Below are positions 1-10,894 of a DNA stretch of 64,000 bases, piece after piece. The notes beneath the pieces are model-generated. The model made no database searches. It was not told the origin of the DNA and saw only the letters and a program-made list of their open reading frames with translations. Numbering within the stretch: the first letter of the stretch is position 1; the number at the start of each line of letters is the position of its first letter. Made by a program: the position numbers and the translations under genes. Origin of the DNA: the human T2T-CHM13v2.0 reference genome, Homo sapiens; assembly GCF_009914755.1 (NCBI RefSeq), contig NC_060948.1; one strand, given 5' to 3'.

Positions 1-153
1 GAATTGAATGGAATGGAATTGAATGGAATGGGAACGAATGGAGTGAAATTGTATGCAGTAGAAGGGAATAGAATGGAATGCAAGCGAAAGGAAAGGAATG
101 GATTGGAATGGAATGGAATTCATTGGAATGGAAGGGAATGTAGTGTAATGGAC
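1..153 (+). repeat. Partial DYZ1 unit (3' end, StuI-phased)
   Basis: Matches 3585-3737; contains EcoRI GAATTC at 116-121. Confidence 0.9.
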
Positions 154-529
154 AGGCCTGGAATAAAGTGGAATGCTACGGTCTCGAATGGAATAAAAAT
201 GTATGGAATGGAATGCAATGAAACGGAATCGAATGTCATAGAATGTAATGGAATGCAAAAAAATGGAATCCAAAATCATTGACTGGAAAGGCTGGGTGTC
301 GAAAGGAATTGACTCCAATGGAATGGAATCGAATGGAATGGAAGTGAATAGAATCGAACTAAATCGAATGGAATGGAATTGATAGGAACGGAATGGAAAG
401 GAATGCAATGATTTGGCATGGAATGGAATCGAATGGCATCGAATGGAATGGAATGGAATGCAATGGAATGGAATGTATTAGAATGTAATGAACTTTAATG
501 GAACGTACTCGAATGGATTCGACTGGAAT

Positions 530-544
530 GGAATGTTCTGGAAG
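530..544. promoter_or_regulatory. Perfect heat-shock element motif 1 (repeated in each unit); function unproven
   Basis: gGAAtgTTCtgGAAg matches the HSF consensus nGAAnnTTCnnGAAn. Confidence 0.5.
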
Positions 545-809
545 TGAATGGACTCCAATGGAATGGATTCAAAAGGAATGGAATCGTACGGAATGGAATC
601 TAATGGAATGGAATTAAATGGAAATGAATCAAATTGAATAGCACGGAATTGAATTGAATGGAATGGAATGCAATGGAATCTAATGAAACGGAAAGGAAAG
701 GAATGGAATGGAATGGAATGGGCTGGAATGGAAAGGAATCGAAACGAATGGAATGGAATCGAACTGAAGAGACTGGAATGGAATGCACTGGAATGGAAGG
801 GAGTGTAAT

Positions 810-824
810 GGAAGGTTCTCGAAA
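810..824. promoter_or_regulatory. Perfect heat-shock element motif 2 (repeated in each unit); function unproven
   Basis: gGAAggTTCtcGAAa matches nGAAnnTTCnnGAAn. Confidence 0.5.
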
Positions 825-1835
825 AAAATGGAATCGAATGGAATGGAATTGAATGGAACGGAATAGAGTCGAATGGAATTGAATGGAATGGAATGGACTA
901 GAGTGAAATGGAATCGAACCACAAGGAATGGACAGGAATAGAATGGTCTCGAATTGAATGGAATCGTATGGAATGGCATCAAACGGAATGGAATGGACAG
1001 CCACGGAATGGAATGCACTCGAATGCAATGGAGTCGAAACTAATGGACTGGAATAGAATGGACTCGACTGGTACGGACTCCAATGGAATGGAATCGAATG
1101 GAAGGGAATCGAACGGAATGGACTCGAAGGGAAAAGACTGCAATGGAAAGGTCTCGAATGGAATGGAAATTAATGGAATGGAATGGAATCGAATGAAATG
1201 GAGTCAAAAGGAATGGAATCGAATGGCAAGAAATCGAATGTAATGGAATCGCAAGGAATTGATGTGAACGGAACGGAATGGAATGGAATCCAAAGGAATG
1301 GAATAGAATGGAATGGAATCGAATGGAAAGGACTCGAATGGAAATCACTCGAATAGAATGCAATTTAATAAAATAGGATCAAATGTAATGGAATGGAATG
1401 GAAAGGAATCGAAACGAAAGGAATGGAGACAGATGGAATGGAATGGAACAGAGTGCAATGGTATAGAATGGAATGGAATCATCTGGAATGGAATTGAATG
1501 GAATGGAATAATATGAAATGGAATGGAATGGAATGGAATGGAATGCCCTTGAATTAAATGGACTGGAATGGAATGGACTCGAACAGAGTGGAATGGAAAG
1601 TGTTGAGATAGAATGGAATGGACTCCTTTGGAATGGTGTAGTATGCAATGCAATCGACTGGCAGGGAATCAAAAGGAATGTAATGGAATGGATTGGACTG
1701 GAATGCAATGGACTCGAATAGATTGGAAACGGAATGCAAAGGAATGGAATGGAATAGTATGGAATGGAATGGAAAGGAATGGAGTGGAATAGACTAGAGT
1801 GGAATGGAATGGACTGGAAAGCAATGGACTGGAAT

Positions 1836-1850
1836 GGAACTTTCTTGAAT
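1836..1850. promoter_or_regulatory. Perfect heat-shock element motif 3 (repeated in each unit); function unproven
   Basis: gGAActTTCttGAAt matches nGAAnnTTCnnGAAn. Confidence 0.5.
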
Positions 1851-3283
1851 GGACTGGAATCAAACGGAATGGAATGCAATGCAATCAAATGGCATGGAAT
1901 AAAATAGAATGAAAGAGAATCAAATGGAATTGAATCGAATGGAATCGAATGGATTGGAAAGGAATAGAACGGAATGGAATGGAATTGACTCAAATGGAAT
2001 GGACTAGAATGGAATGGATTCGAATGGAAGGCAAAGGAATGGAATCTATTGGAATGGACTGTAATGGAATGGAATGGAAGGGATTGGAATGGACTCGAAT
2101 GGAATGGACTGCAATAGAAAGGATTCGAATGGAATGAAAAAGAATTGAATGGAATAGAACAGAATGGAATCAAATCGAATGAAATGGAATGGAATAGAAA
2201 GGAATGGAATGAAATGGAATGGAAAGGATTCGAATGGAATGCAATCGAATGGAATGGAATCGAACGGAATGGAATAAAATGGAAGAAAACTGGCAAGAAA
2301 TGGAATCGAAATGAATGGAGTGTTATGGAACGGACTCAAAAGGAATTGAATGTAATAGAATGGAGTGGAGTGGACTCGAATATAATGGACTGGAATGGAA
2401 TGAAATCACATGGAATGGGAACGAATGGAATGGAATGGAAAGGAATGGAATCGAATGGAAAGGAATCGAATGGAAGGGAATGAAATTGAATCAACAGGAA
2501 TGGAAGGGAATAGAATAGACGGTAATGGAATGGACTCGAATAGAATGGACACGAATGCTCAAATTGAATGGACTCGAATGGAATGGAAACGAAAGGAATG
2601 TCATCGAATGGAATTGAATCGATTGGAATGAAATCGCATAGAATGGAGTGGAATCAAATGGAATTGAATCGAAAGGAAAGGAAGCGAATGGACTGAAATG
2701 AAATGGAATGGAATTGAATGGAAAGTAATGCAATGGAATAGAATGGAACGAAATTTCACGGAATGGAATCAAACTGAATGGAATCAAATCAATGGAATCA
2801 AATCAAATGGAATGGAAAGGAATTGAATGGAGTAGATTGGATTGGATGGGATTGGAATGAAATGTACTGGAAAGGACTCGAATTTCATGAAACGGAATGG
2901 AATGAATTGGAACGGAATGGACTCGAATGGAATGGAATGTCATGGAATGGCATCAAATGGAATGGCATCAAATGGAATGGAATCGAATGCAATGGAATGC
3001 TATGGAATGGAATGGAATGCATTGGAATGGAATGTCCTCTAATGGAATGGATTCGAGTGGAATGGAATCGAATATAATGGAGTCGAATGAAATGGAATTG
3101 AAAGGAGTGGGATCGAATACAATGGAATATACTGGAATGTAATGTAATGAACTCGAATGTAATTGACTGGAATGGAATGTACATGAATGGAATGTAATCG
3201 AATGGAAAGTAATCCAATGGAATAGAATCTAATGCAATAAAACCGACTCAGATAGAGTAGAATGTAATGGAATGGAGTGCAGT

Positions 3284-3396
3284 GCAATGGAATGGAATGG
3301 AATGGAATGCAATGGAATGGAATGGAATGGAATGGAATGGAATGGAATGGAATGGAATGGAATGGAATGGAATGGGATGGAATGGTATGGAATGGA
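3284..3396 (+). repeat. Near-pure (GGAAT)n tract, length-variable between units (one per unit)
   Basis: Longest perfect GGAAT run in the unit (3314-3373 in U1), with one GCAAT interruption upstream and GGGAT/GGTAT variants at its end. Confidence 0.9.
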
Positions 3397-3737
3397 TAGT
3401 AATGGACTGGAGTGAAATGGACTGGAAAGGAATGGACTCAAATTGAAAGGGCTCGAAAGGAATGGAGTCAAATGGAATGGTCTGGAATGGAATGAACACG
3501 AATGTAATGCAATCCAATAGAATGGAATCGAATGGCATGGAATATAAAGAAATGGAATCGAAGAGAATGGAAACAAATGGAATGGAATTGAATGGAATGG
3601 AATTGAATGGAATGGGAACGAATGGAGTGAAATTGTATGCAGTAGAAGGGAATAGAATGGAATGCAAGCGAAAGGAAAGGAATGGATTGGAATGGAATGG
3701 AATTCATTGGAATGGAAGGGAATGTAGTGTAATGGAC

Positions 3738-6700
3738 AGGCCTGGAATAAAGTGGAATGCTACGGTCTCGAATGGAATAAAAATGTATGGAATGGAATGC
3801 AATGAAACGGAATCGAATGTCATAGAATGTAATGGAATGCAAAAAAATGGAATCCAAAATCATTGACTGGAAAGGCTGGGTGTCGAAAGGAATTGACTCC
3901 AATGGAATGGAATCGAATGGAATGGAAGTGAATAGAATCGAACTAAATCGAATGGAATGGAATTGATAGGAACGGAATGGAAAGGAATGCAATGATTTGG
4001 CATGGAATGGAATCGAATGGCATCGAATGGAATGGAATGGAATGCAATGGAATGGAATGTATTAGAATGTAATGAACTTTAATGGAATGTACTCGAATGG
4101 ATTCGACTGGAATGGAATGTTCTGGAAGTGAATGGACTCCAATGGAATGGATTCAAAAGGAATGGAATCGTACGGAATGGAATCTAATGGAATGGAATTA
4201 AATGGAAATGAATCAAATTGAATAGCACGGAATTGAATTGAATGGAATGGAATGCAATGGAATCTAATGAAACGGAAAGGAAAGGAATGGAATGGAATGG
4301 AATGGGCTGGAATGGAAAGGAATCGAAACGAATGGAATGGAATCGAACTGAAGAGACTGGAATGGAATGCACTGGAATGGAAGGGAGTGTAATGGAAGGT
4401 TCTCGAAAAAAATGGAATCGAATGGAATGGAATTGAATGGAACGGAATAGAGTCGAATGGAATTGAATGGAATGGAATGGACTAGAGTGAAATGGAATCG
4501 AACCACAAGGAATGGACAGGAATAGAATGGTCTCGAATTGAATGGAATCGTATGGAATGGCATCAAACGGAATGGAATGGACAGCCACGGAATGGAATGC
4601 ACTCGAATGCAATGGAGTCGAAACTAATGGACTGGAATAGAATGGACTCGACTGGTACGGACTCCAATGGAATGGAATCGAATGGAAGGGAATCGAACGG
4701 AATGGACTCGAAGGGAAAAGACTGCAATGGAAAGGTCTCGAATGGAATGGAAATTAATGGAATGGAATGGAATCGAATGAAATGGAGTCAAAAGGAATGG
4801 AATCGAATGGCAAGAAATCGAATGTAATGGAATCGCAAGGAATTGATGTGAACGGAACGGAATGGAATGGAATCCAAAGGAATGGAATAGAATGGAATGG
4901 AATCGAATGGAAAGGACTCGAATGGAAATCACTCGAATAGAATGCAATTTAATAAAATAGGATCAAATGTAATGGAATGGAATGGAAAGGAATCGAAACG
5001 AAAGGAATGGAGACAGATGGAATGGAATGGAACAGAGAGCAATGGTATAGAATGGAATGGAATCATCTGGAATGGAATTGAATGGAATGGAATAATATGA
5101 AATGGAATGGAATGGAATGGAATGGAATGGAATGGAATGCCCTTGAATTAAATGGACTGGAATGGAATGGACTCGAACAGAGTGGAATGGAAAGTGTTGA
5201 GATAGAATGGAATGGACTCCTTCGGAATGGTCTAGTATGCAATGCAATCGACTGGCAGGGAATCAAAAGGAATGTAATGGAATGGATTGGACTGGAATGC
5301 AATGGACTCGAATAGATTGGAAACGGAATGCAAAGGAATGGAATGGAATAGTATGGAATGGAATGGAAAGGAATGGAGTGGAATAGACTAGAGTGGAATG
5401 GAATGGACTGGAAAGCAATGGACTGGAATGGAACTTTCTTGAATGGACTGGAATCAAACGGAATGGAATGCAATGCAATCAAATGGCATGGAATAAAATA
5501 GAATGAAAGAGAATCAAATGGAATTGAATCGAATGGAATCGAATGGATTGGAAAGGAATAGAATGGAATGGAATGGAATTGACTCAAATGGAATGGACTA
5601 GAATGGAATGGATTCGAATGGAAGGCAAAGGAATGGAATCTATTGGAATGGACTGTAATGGAATGGAATGGAAGGGATTGGAATGGACTCGAATGGAATG
5701 GACTGCAATAGAAAGGATTCGAATGGAATGAAAAAGAATTGAATGGAATAGAACAGAATGGAATCAAATCGAATGAAATGGAATGGAATAGAAAGGAATG
5801 GAATGAAATGGAATGGAAAGGATTCGAATGGAATGCAATCGAATGGAATGGAATCGAACGGAATGGAATAAAATGGAAGAAAACTGGCAAGAAATGGAAT
5901 CGAAATGAATGGAGTGTTATGGAACGGACTCAAAAGGAATTGAATGTAATAGAATGGAGTGGAGTGGACTCGAATATAATGGACTGGAATGGAATGAAAT
6001 CACACGGAATGGGAACGAATGGAATGGAATGGAAAGGAATGGAATCGAATGGAAAGGAATCGAATGGAAGGGAATGAAATTGAATCAACAGGAATGGAAG
6101 GGAATAGAATAGACGGTAATGGAATGGACTCGAATAGAATGGACACGAATGCTCAAATTGAATGGACTCCAATGGAATGGAAACGAAAGGAATGTCATCG
6201 AATAGAATTGAATCGACTGGAATGAAATCGCAAGAATGGAGTGGAATCAAATGGAATTGAATCGAAAGGAAAGGAAGCGAATGGACTGAAATGAAATGGA
6301 ATGGAATTGAATGGAAAGTAATGCAATGGAATAGAATGGAACGAAATTTCACGGAATGGAATCAAACTGAAAGGAATCAAATCAATTGAATCTAATCAAA
6401 TGGAATGGAAAGGATTTGAATGGAGTAGATTGGATTGGATGGGATTGGAGTGAAATGTACTGGAAAGGACTCGAATTTCATGAAACGGAATGGAATGAAT
6501 TGGAACGGAATGGACTCGAATGGAATGGAATGTCATGGAATGGCATCAAATGGAATGGCATCAAATGGAATGGAATCGAATGCAATGGAATGCTATGGAA
6601 TGGAATGGAATGCATTGGAATGGAATGTCCTCTAATGGAATGGATTCGAGTGGAATGGAATCGAATATAAAGGAGTCGAATGAAATGGAATTGAAAGGAA

Positions 6701-7320
6701 TGGGATCGAATACAATGGAATATGCTGGAATGTAATGTAATGAACTCGAATGTAATTGACTGGAACGGAATGTACATGAATGGAATGTAATCGAATGGAA
6801 AGTAATCCAATGTAATAGAATCTAATGCAATAAAATCGACTCAGATAGAGTAGAATGTAATGGAATGGAGTGTAGTACAATGGAATGGAATGGAATGCAA
6901 TGGAATGGAATGGAATGGAATGGAATGGAATGGAATGGAAAGGAATGGGATGGAATGGGATGGAATGGTATGGAATGGATAGTAATGGACTGGAGTGAAA
7001 TGGACTGGAAAGGAATGGACTCAAATTGAAAGGGCTCGAAAGGAATGGAGTCAAATGGAATGGTCTGGAATGGAATGAACACGAATGTAATGCAATCCAA
7101 TAGAATGGAATCGAATGGCATGGAATATAAAGAAATGGAATCGAAGAGAATGGAAACAAATGGAATGGAATTGAATGGAATGGAATTGAATGGAATGGGA
7201 ACGAATGGAGTGAAATTGTATGCAGTAGAAGGGAATAGAATGGAATGCAAGCGAAAGGAAAGGAATGGATTGGAATGGAAAGGAATTCATTGGAATGGAA
7301 GGGAATGTAGTGTAATGGAC
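3738..7320 (+). repeat. DYZ1 unit U2, 3583 bp (most divergent unit)
   Basis: AGGCCT 3738 to 7321; +10 at ~5100-5140, -1 at ~6232, net +5 in the tail tract. Confidence 0.92.
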
Positions 7321-10300
7321 AGGCCTGGAATAAAGTGGAATGCTACGGTCTCGAATGGAATAAAAATGTATGGAATGGAATGCAATGAAACGGAATCGAA
7401 TGTCATAGAATGTAATGGAATGCAAAAAAATGGAATCCAAAATCATTGACTGGAAAGGCTGGGTGTCGAAAGGAATTGACTCCAATGGTATGGAATCGAA
7501 TGGAATGGAAGTGAATAGAATCGAACTAAATCGAATGGAATGGAATTGATAGGAACGGAATGGAAAGGAATGCAATGAATTGGCATGGAATGGAATCGAA
7601 TGGTATCGAATGGAATGGAATGGAATGCAATGGAATGGAATGTATTAGAATGTAATGAACTTTAATGGAATGTACTCGAATGGATTCGACTGGAATGGAA
7701 TGTTCTGGAAGTGAATGGACTCCAATGGAATGGATTCAAAAGGAATGGAATCGTACGGAATGGAATCTAATGGAATGGAATTAAATGGAAATGAATCAAA
7801 TTGAATAGCACGGAATTGAATTGAATGGAATGGAATGCAATGGAATCTAATGAAACGGAAAGGAAAGGAATGGAATGGAATGGAATGGGCTGGAATGGAA
7901 AGGAATCGAAACGAATGGAATGGAATCGAACTGAAGAGACTGGAATGGAATGCACTGGAATGGAAGGGAGTGTAATGGAAGGTTCTCGAAAAAAATGGAA
8001 TCGAATGGAATGGAATTGAATGGAACGGAATAGAGTCGAATGGAATTGAATGGAATGGAATGGACTAGAGTGAAATGGAATCGAACCACAAGGAATGGAC
8101 AGGAATAGAATGGTCTCGAATTGAATGGAATCGTATGGAATGGCATCAAACGGAATGGAATGGACAGCCACGGAATGGAATGCACTCGAATGCAATGGAG
8201 TCGAAACTAATGGACTGGAATAGAATGGACTCGACTGGTACGGACTCCAATGGAATGGAATCGAATGGAAGGGAATCGAACGGAATGGACTCGAAGGGAA
8301 AAGACTGCAATGGAAAGGTCTCGAATGGAATGGAAATTAATGGAATGGAATGGAATCGAATGAAATGGAGTCAAAAGGAATGGAATCGAATGGCAAGAAA
8401 TCGAATGTAATGGAATCGCAAGGAATTGATGTGAACGGAACGGAATGGAATGGAATCCAAAGGAATGGAATAGAATGGAATGGAATCGAATGGAAAGGAC
8501 TCGAATGGAAATCACTCGAATAGAATGCAATTTAATAAAATAGGATCAAATGGAATGGAATGGAATGGAAAGGAATCGAAACGAAAGGAATGGAGACAGA
8601 TGGAATGGAATGGAACAGAGAGCAATGGTATAGAATGGAATGGAATCATCTGGAATGGAATTGAATGGAATGGAATAATATGAAATGGAATGGAATGGAA
8701 TGGAATGGAATGCCCTTGAATTAAATGGACTGGAATGGAATGGACTCGAACAGAGTGGAATGGAAAGTGTTGAGATAGAATGGAATGGACTCCTTTGGAA
8801 TGGTGTAGTATGCAATGCAATCGACTGGCAGGGAATCAAAAGGAATGTAATCGAATGGATTGGACTGGAATGCAATGGACTCGAATAGATTGGAAACGGA
8901 ATGCAAAGGAATGGAATGGAATAGTATGGAATGGAATGGAAAGGAATGGAGTGGAATAGACTAGAGTGGAATGGAATGGACTGGAAAGCAATGGACTGGA
9001 ATGGAACTTTCTTGAATGGACTGGAATCAAACGGAATGGAATGCAATGCAATCAAATGGCATGGAATAAAATAGAATGAAAGAGAATCAAATGGAATTGA
9101 ATCGAATGGAATCGAATGGATTGGAAAGGAATAGAATGGAATGGAATGGAATTGACTCAAATGGAATGGACTAGAATGGAATGGATTCGAATGGAAGGCA
9201 AAGGAATGGAATCTATTGGAATGGACTGTAATGGAATGGAATGGAAGGGATTGGAATGGACTCGAATGGAATGGACTGCAATAGAAAGGATTCGAATGGA
9301 ATGAAAAAGAATTGAATGGAATAGAACAGAATGGAATCAAATCGAATGAAATGGAATGGAATAGAAAGGAATGGAATGAAATGGAATGGAAAGGATTCGA
9401 ATGGAATGCAATCGAATGGAATGGAATCGAACGGAATGGAATAAAATGGAAGAAAACTGGCAAGAAATGGAATCGAAATGAATGGAGTGTTATGGAACGG
9501 ACTCAAAAGGAATTGAATGTAATAGAATGGAGTGGAGTGGACTCGAATATAATGGACTGGAATGGAATGAAATCACAAGGAATGGGATCGAATGGAATGG
9601 AATGGAAAGGAATGGAATCGAATGGAAAGGAATCGAATGGAAGGGAATGAAAGTGAATCAACAGGAATGGAAGGGAATAGAATAGACGGTAATGGAATGG
9701 ACTCGAATAGAATGGACACGAATGCTCAAATTGAATGGACTCGAATGGAATGGAAACGAAAGGAATGTCATCGAATGGAATTGAATGGATTGGAATGAAA
9801 TCGCATAGAATGGAGTGGAATCAAATGGAATTGAATCGAAAGGAAAGGAAGCGAATGGACTGAAATGAAATGGAATGGAATTGAATGGAAAGTAATGCAA
9901 TGGAATAGAATGGAACGAAATTTCACGGAATGGAATCAAACTGAATGGAATCAAATCAATGGAATCAAATCAAATGGAATGGAAAGGAATTGAATGGAGT
10001 AGATTGGATTGGATGGGATTGGAATGAAATGTACTGGAAAGGACTCGAATTTCATGAAACGGAATGGAATGAATTGGAACGGAATGGACTCGAATGGAAT
10101 GGAATGTCATGGAATGGCATCAAATGGAATGGCATCAAATGGAATGGAATCGAATGCAATGGAATGCTATGGAATAGAATGGAATGCATTGGAATGGAAT
10201 GTCCTCTATTGGAATGGATTCGAGTGGAATGGAATCGAATATAATGGAGTCGAATGAAATGGAATTGAAAGGAGTGGGATCGAATACAATGGAATATACT

Positions 10301-10894
10301 GGAATGTAATGTAATGAACTCGAATGTAATTGACTGGAATGGAATGTACATGAATGGAATGTAATCGAATGGAAAGTAATCCAATGGAATAGAATCTAAT
10401 GCAATAAAACCGACTCAGATAGAGTAGAATGTAATGGAATGGAGTGCAGTGCAATGGAATGGAATGGAATGGAATGCAATGGAATGGAATGGAATGGAAT
10501 GGAATGGAATGGAATGGAATGGAATGGAATGGGATGGAATGGGATGGAATGGATAGTAATGGACTGGAGTGAAATGGACTGGAAAGGAATGGACTCAAAT
10601 TGAAAGGGCTCGAAAGGAATGGAGTCAAATGGAATGGTCTGGAATGGAATGAACACGAATGTAATGCAATCCAATAGAATGGAATCGAATGGCATGGAAT
10701 ATAAAGAAATGGAATCGAAGAGATTGGAAACAAATGGAATGGAATTGAATGGAATGGAATTGAATGGAATGGGAACGAATGGAGTGAAATTGTATGCAGT
10801 AGAAGGGAATAGAATGGAATGCAAGCGAAAGGAAAGGAATGGATTGGAATGGAATGGAATTCATTGGAATGGAAGGGAATGTAGTGTAATGGAC
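7321..10894 (+). repeat. DYZ1 unit U3, 3574 bp
   Basis: AGGCCT 7321 to 10895; +5 in the tail tract. Confidence 0.92.

Larger units (their letters stand above)
154..3737 (+). repeat. DYZ1 unit U1, 3584 bp (+15 in pure GGAAT tract)
   Basis: AGGCCT at 154 to next AGGCCT at 3738. Confidence 0.92.

Noticed and set aside
116-159. Palindromes GAATTC and AGGCCT as functional sites
   Set aside because: Six-bp palindromes are expected by chance and are useful only as unit landmarks
162-197. AATAAA polyadenylation-like hexamers (162, 192 and several others per unit)
   Set aside because: Easily generated from GGAAT-AAAAT variants on an A-rich strand, with no GU-rich downstream element. DYZ1 transcripts are reported, but their ends cannot be inferred here.
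1379-2296. 305-aa minus-strand ORF (HSIPF repeats), recurring in most units
   Set aside because: (CATTC)n has no stop codon in any frame, so long ORFs are expected. All frames give the same low-complexity peptide, there is no domain, and U7 carries a premature stop.
2749-2892. Further HSE-like matches (GAAatTTC at 2750, TTCatGAA at 2884)
   Set aside because: Only two correctly spaced nGAAn units each, not full trimer sites
3462-3866. Plus-strand MEWNG-type ORFs (60-134 aa)
   Set aside because: Direct translation of (GGAAT)n; they overlap in all frames and are conserved only because the units are near-identical
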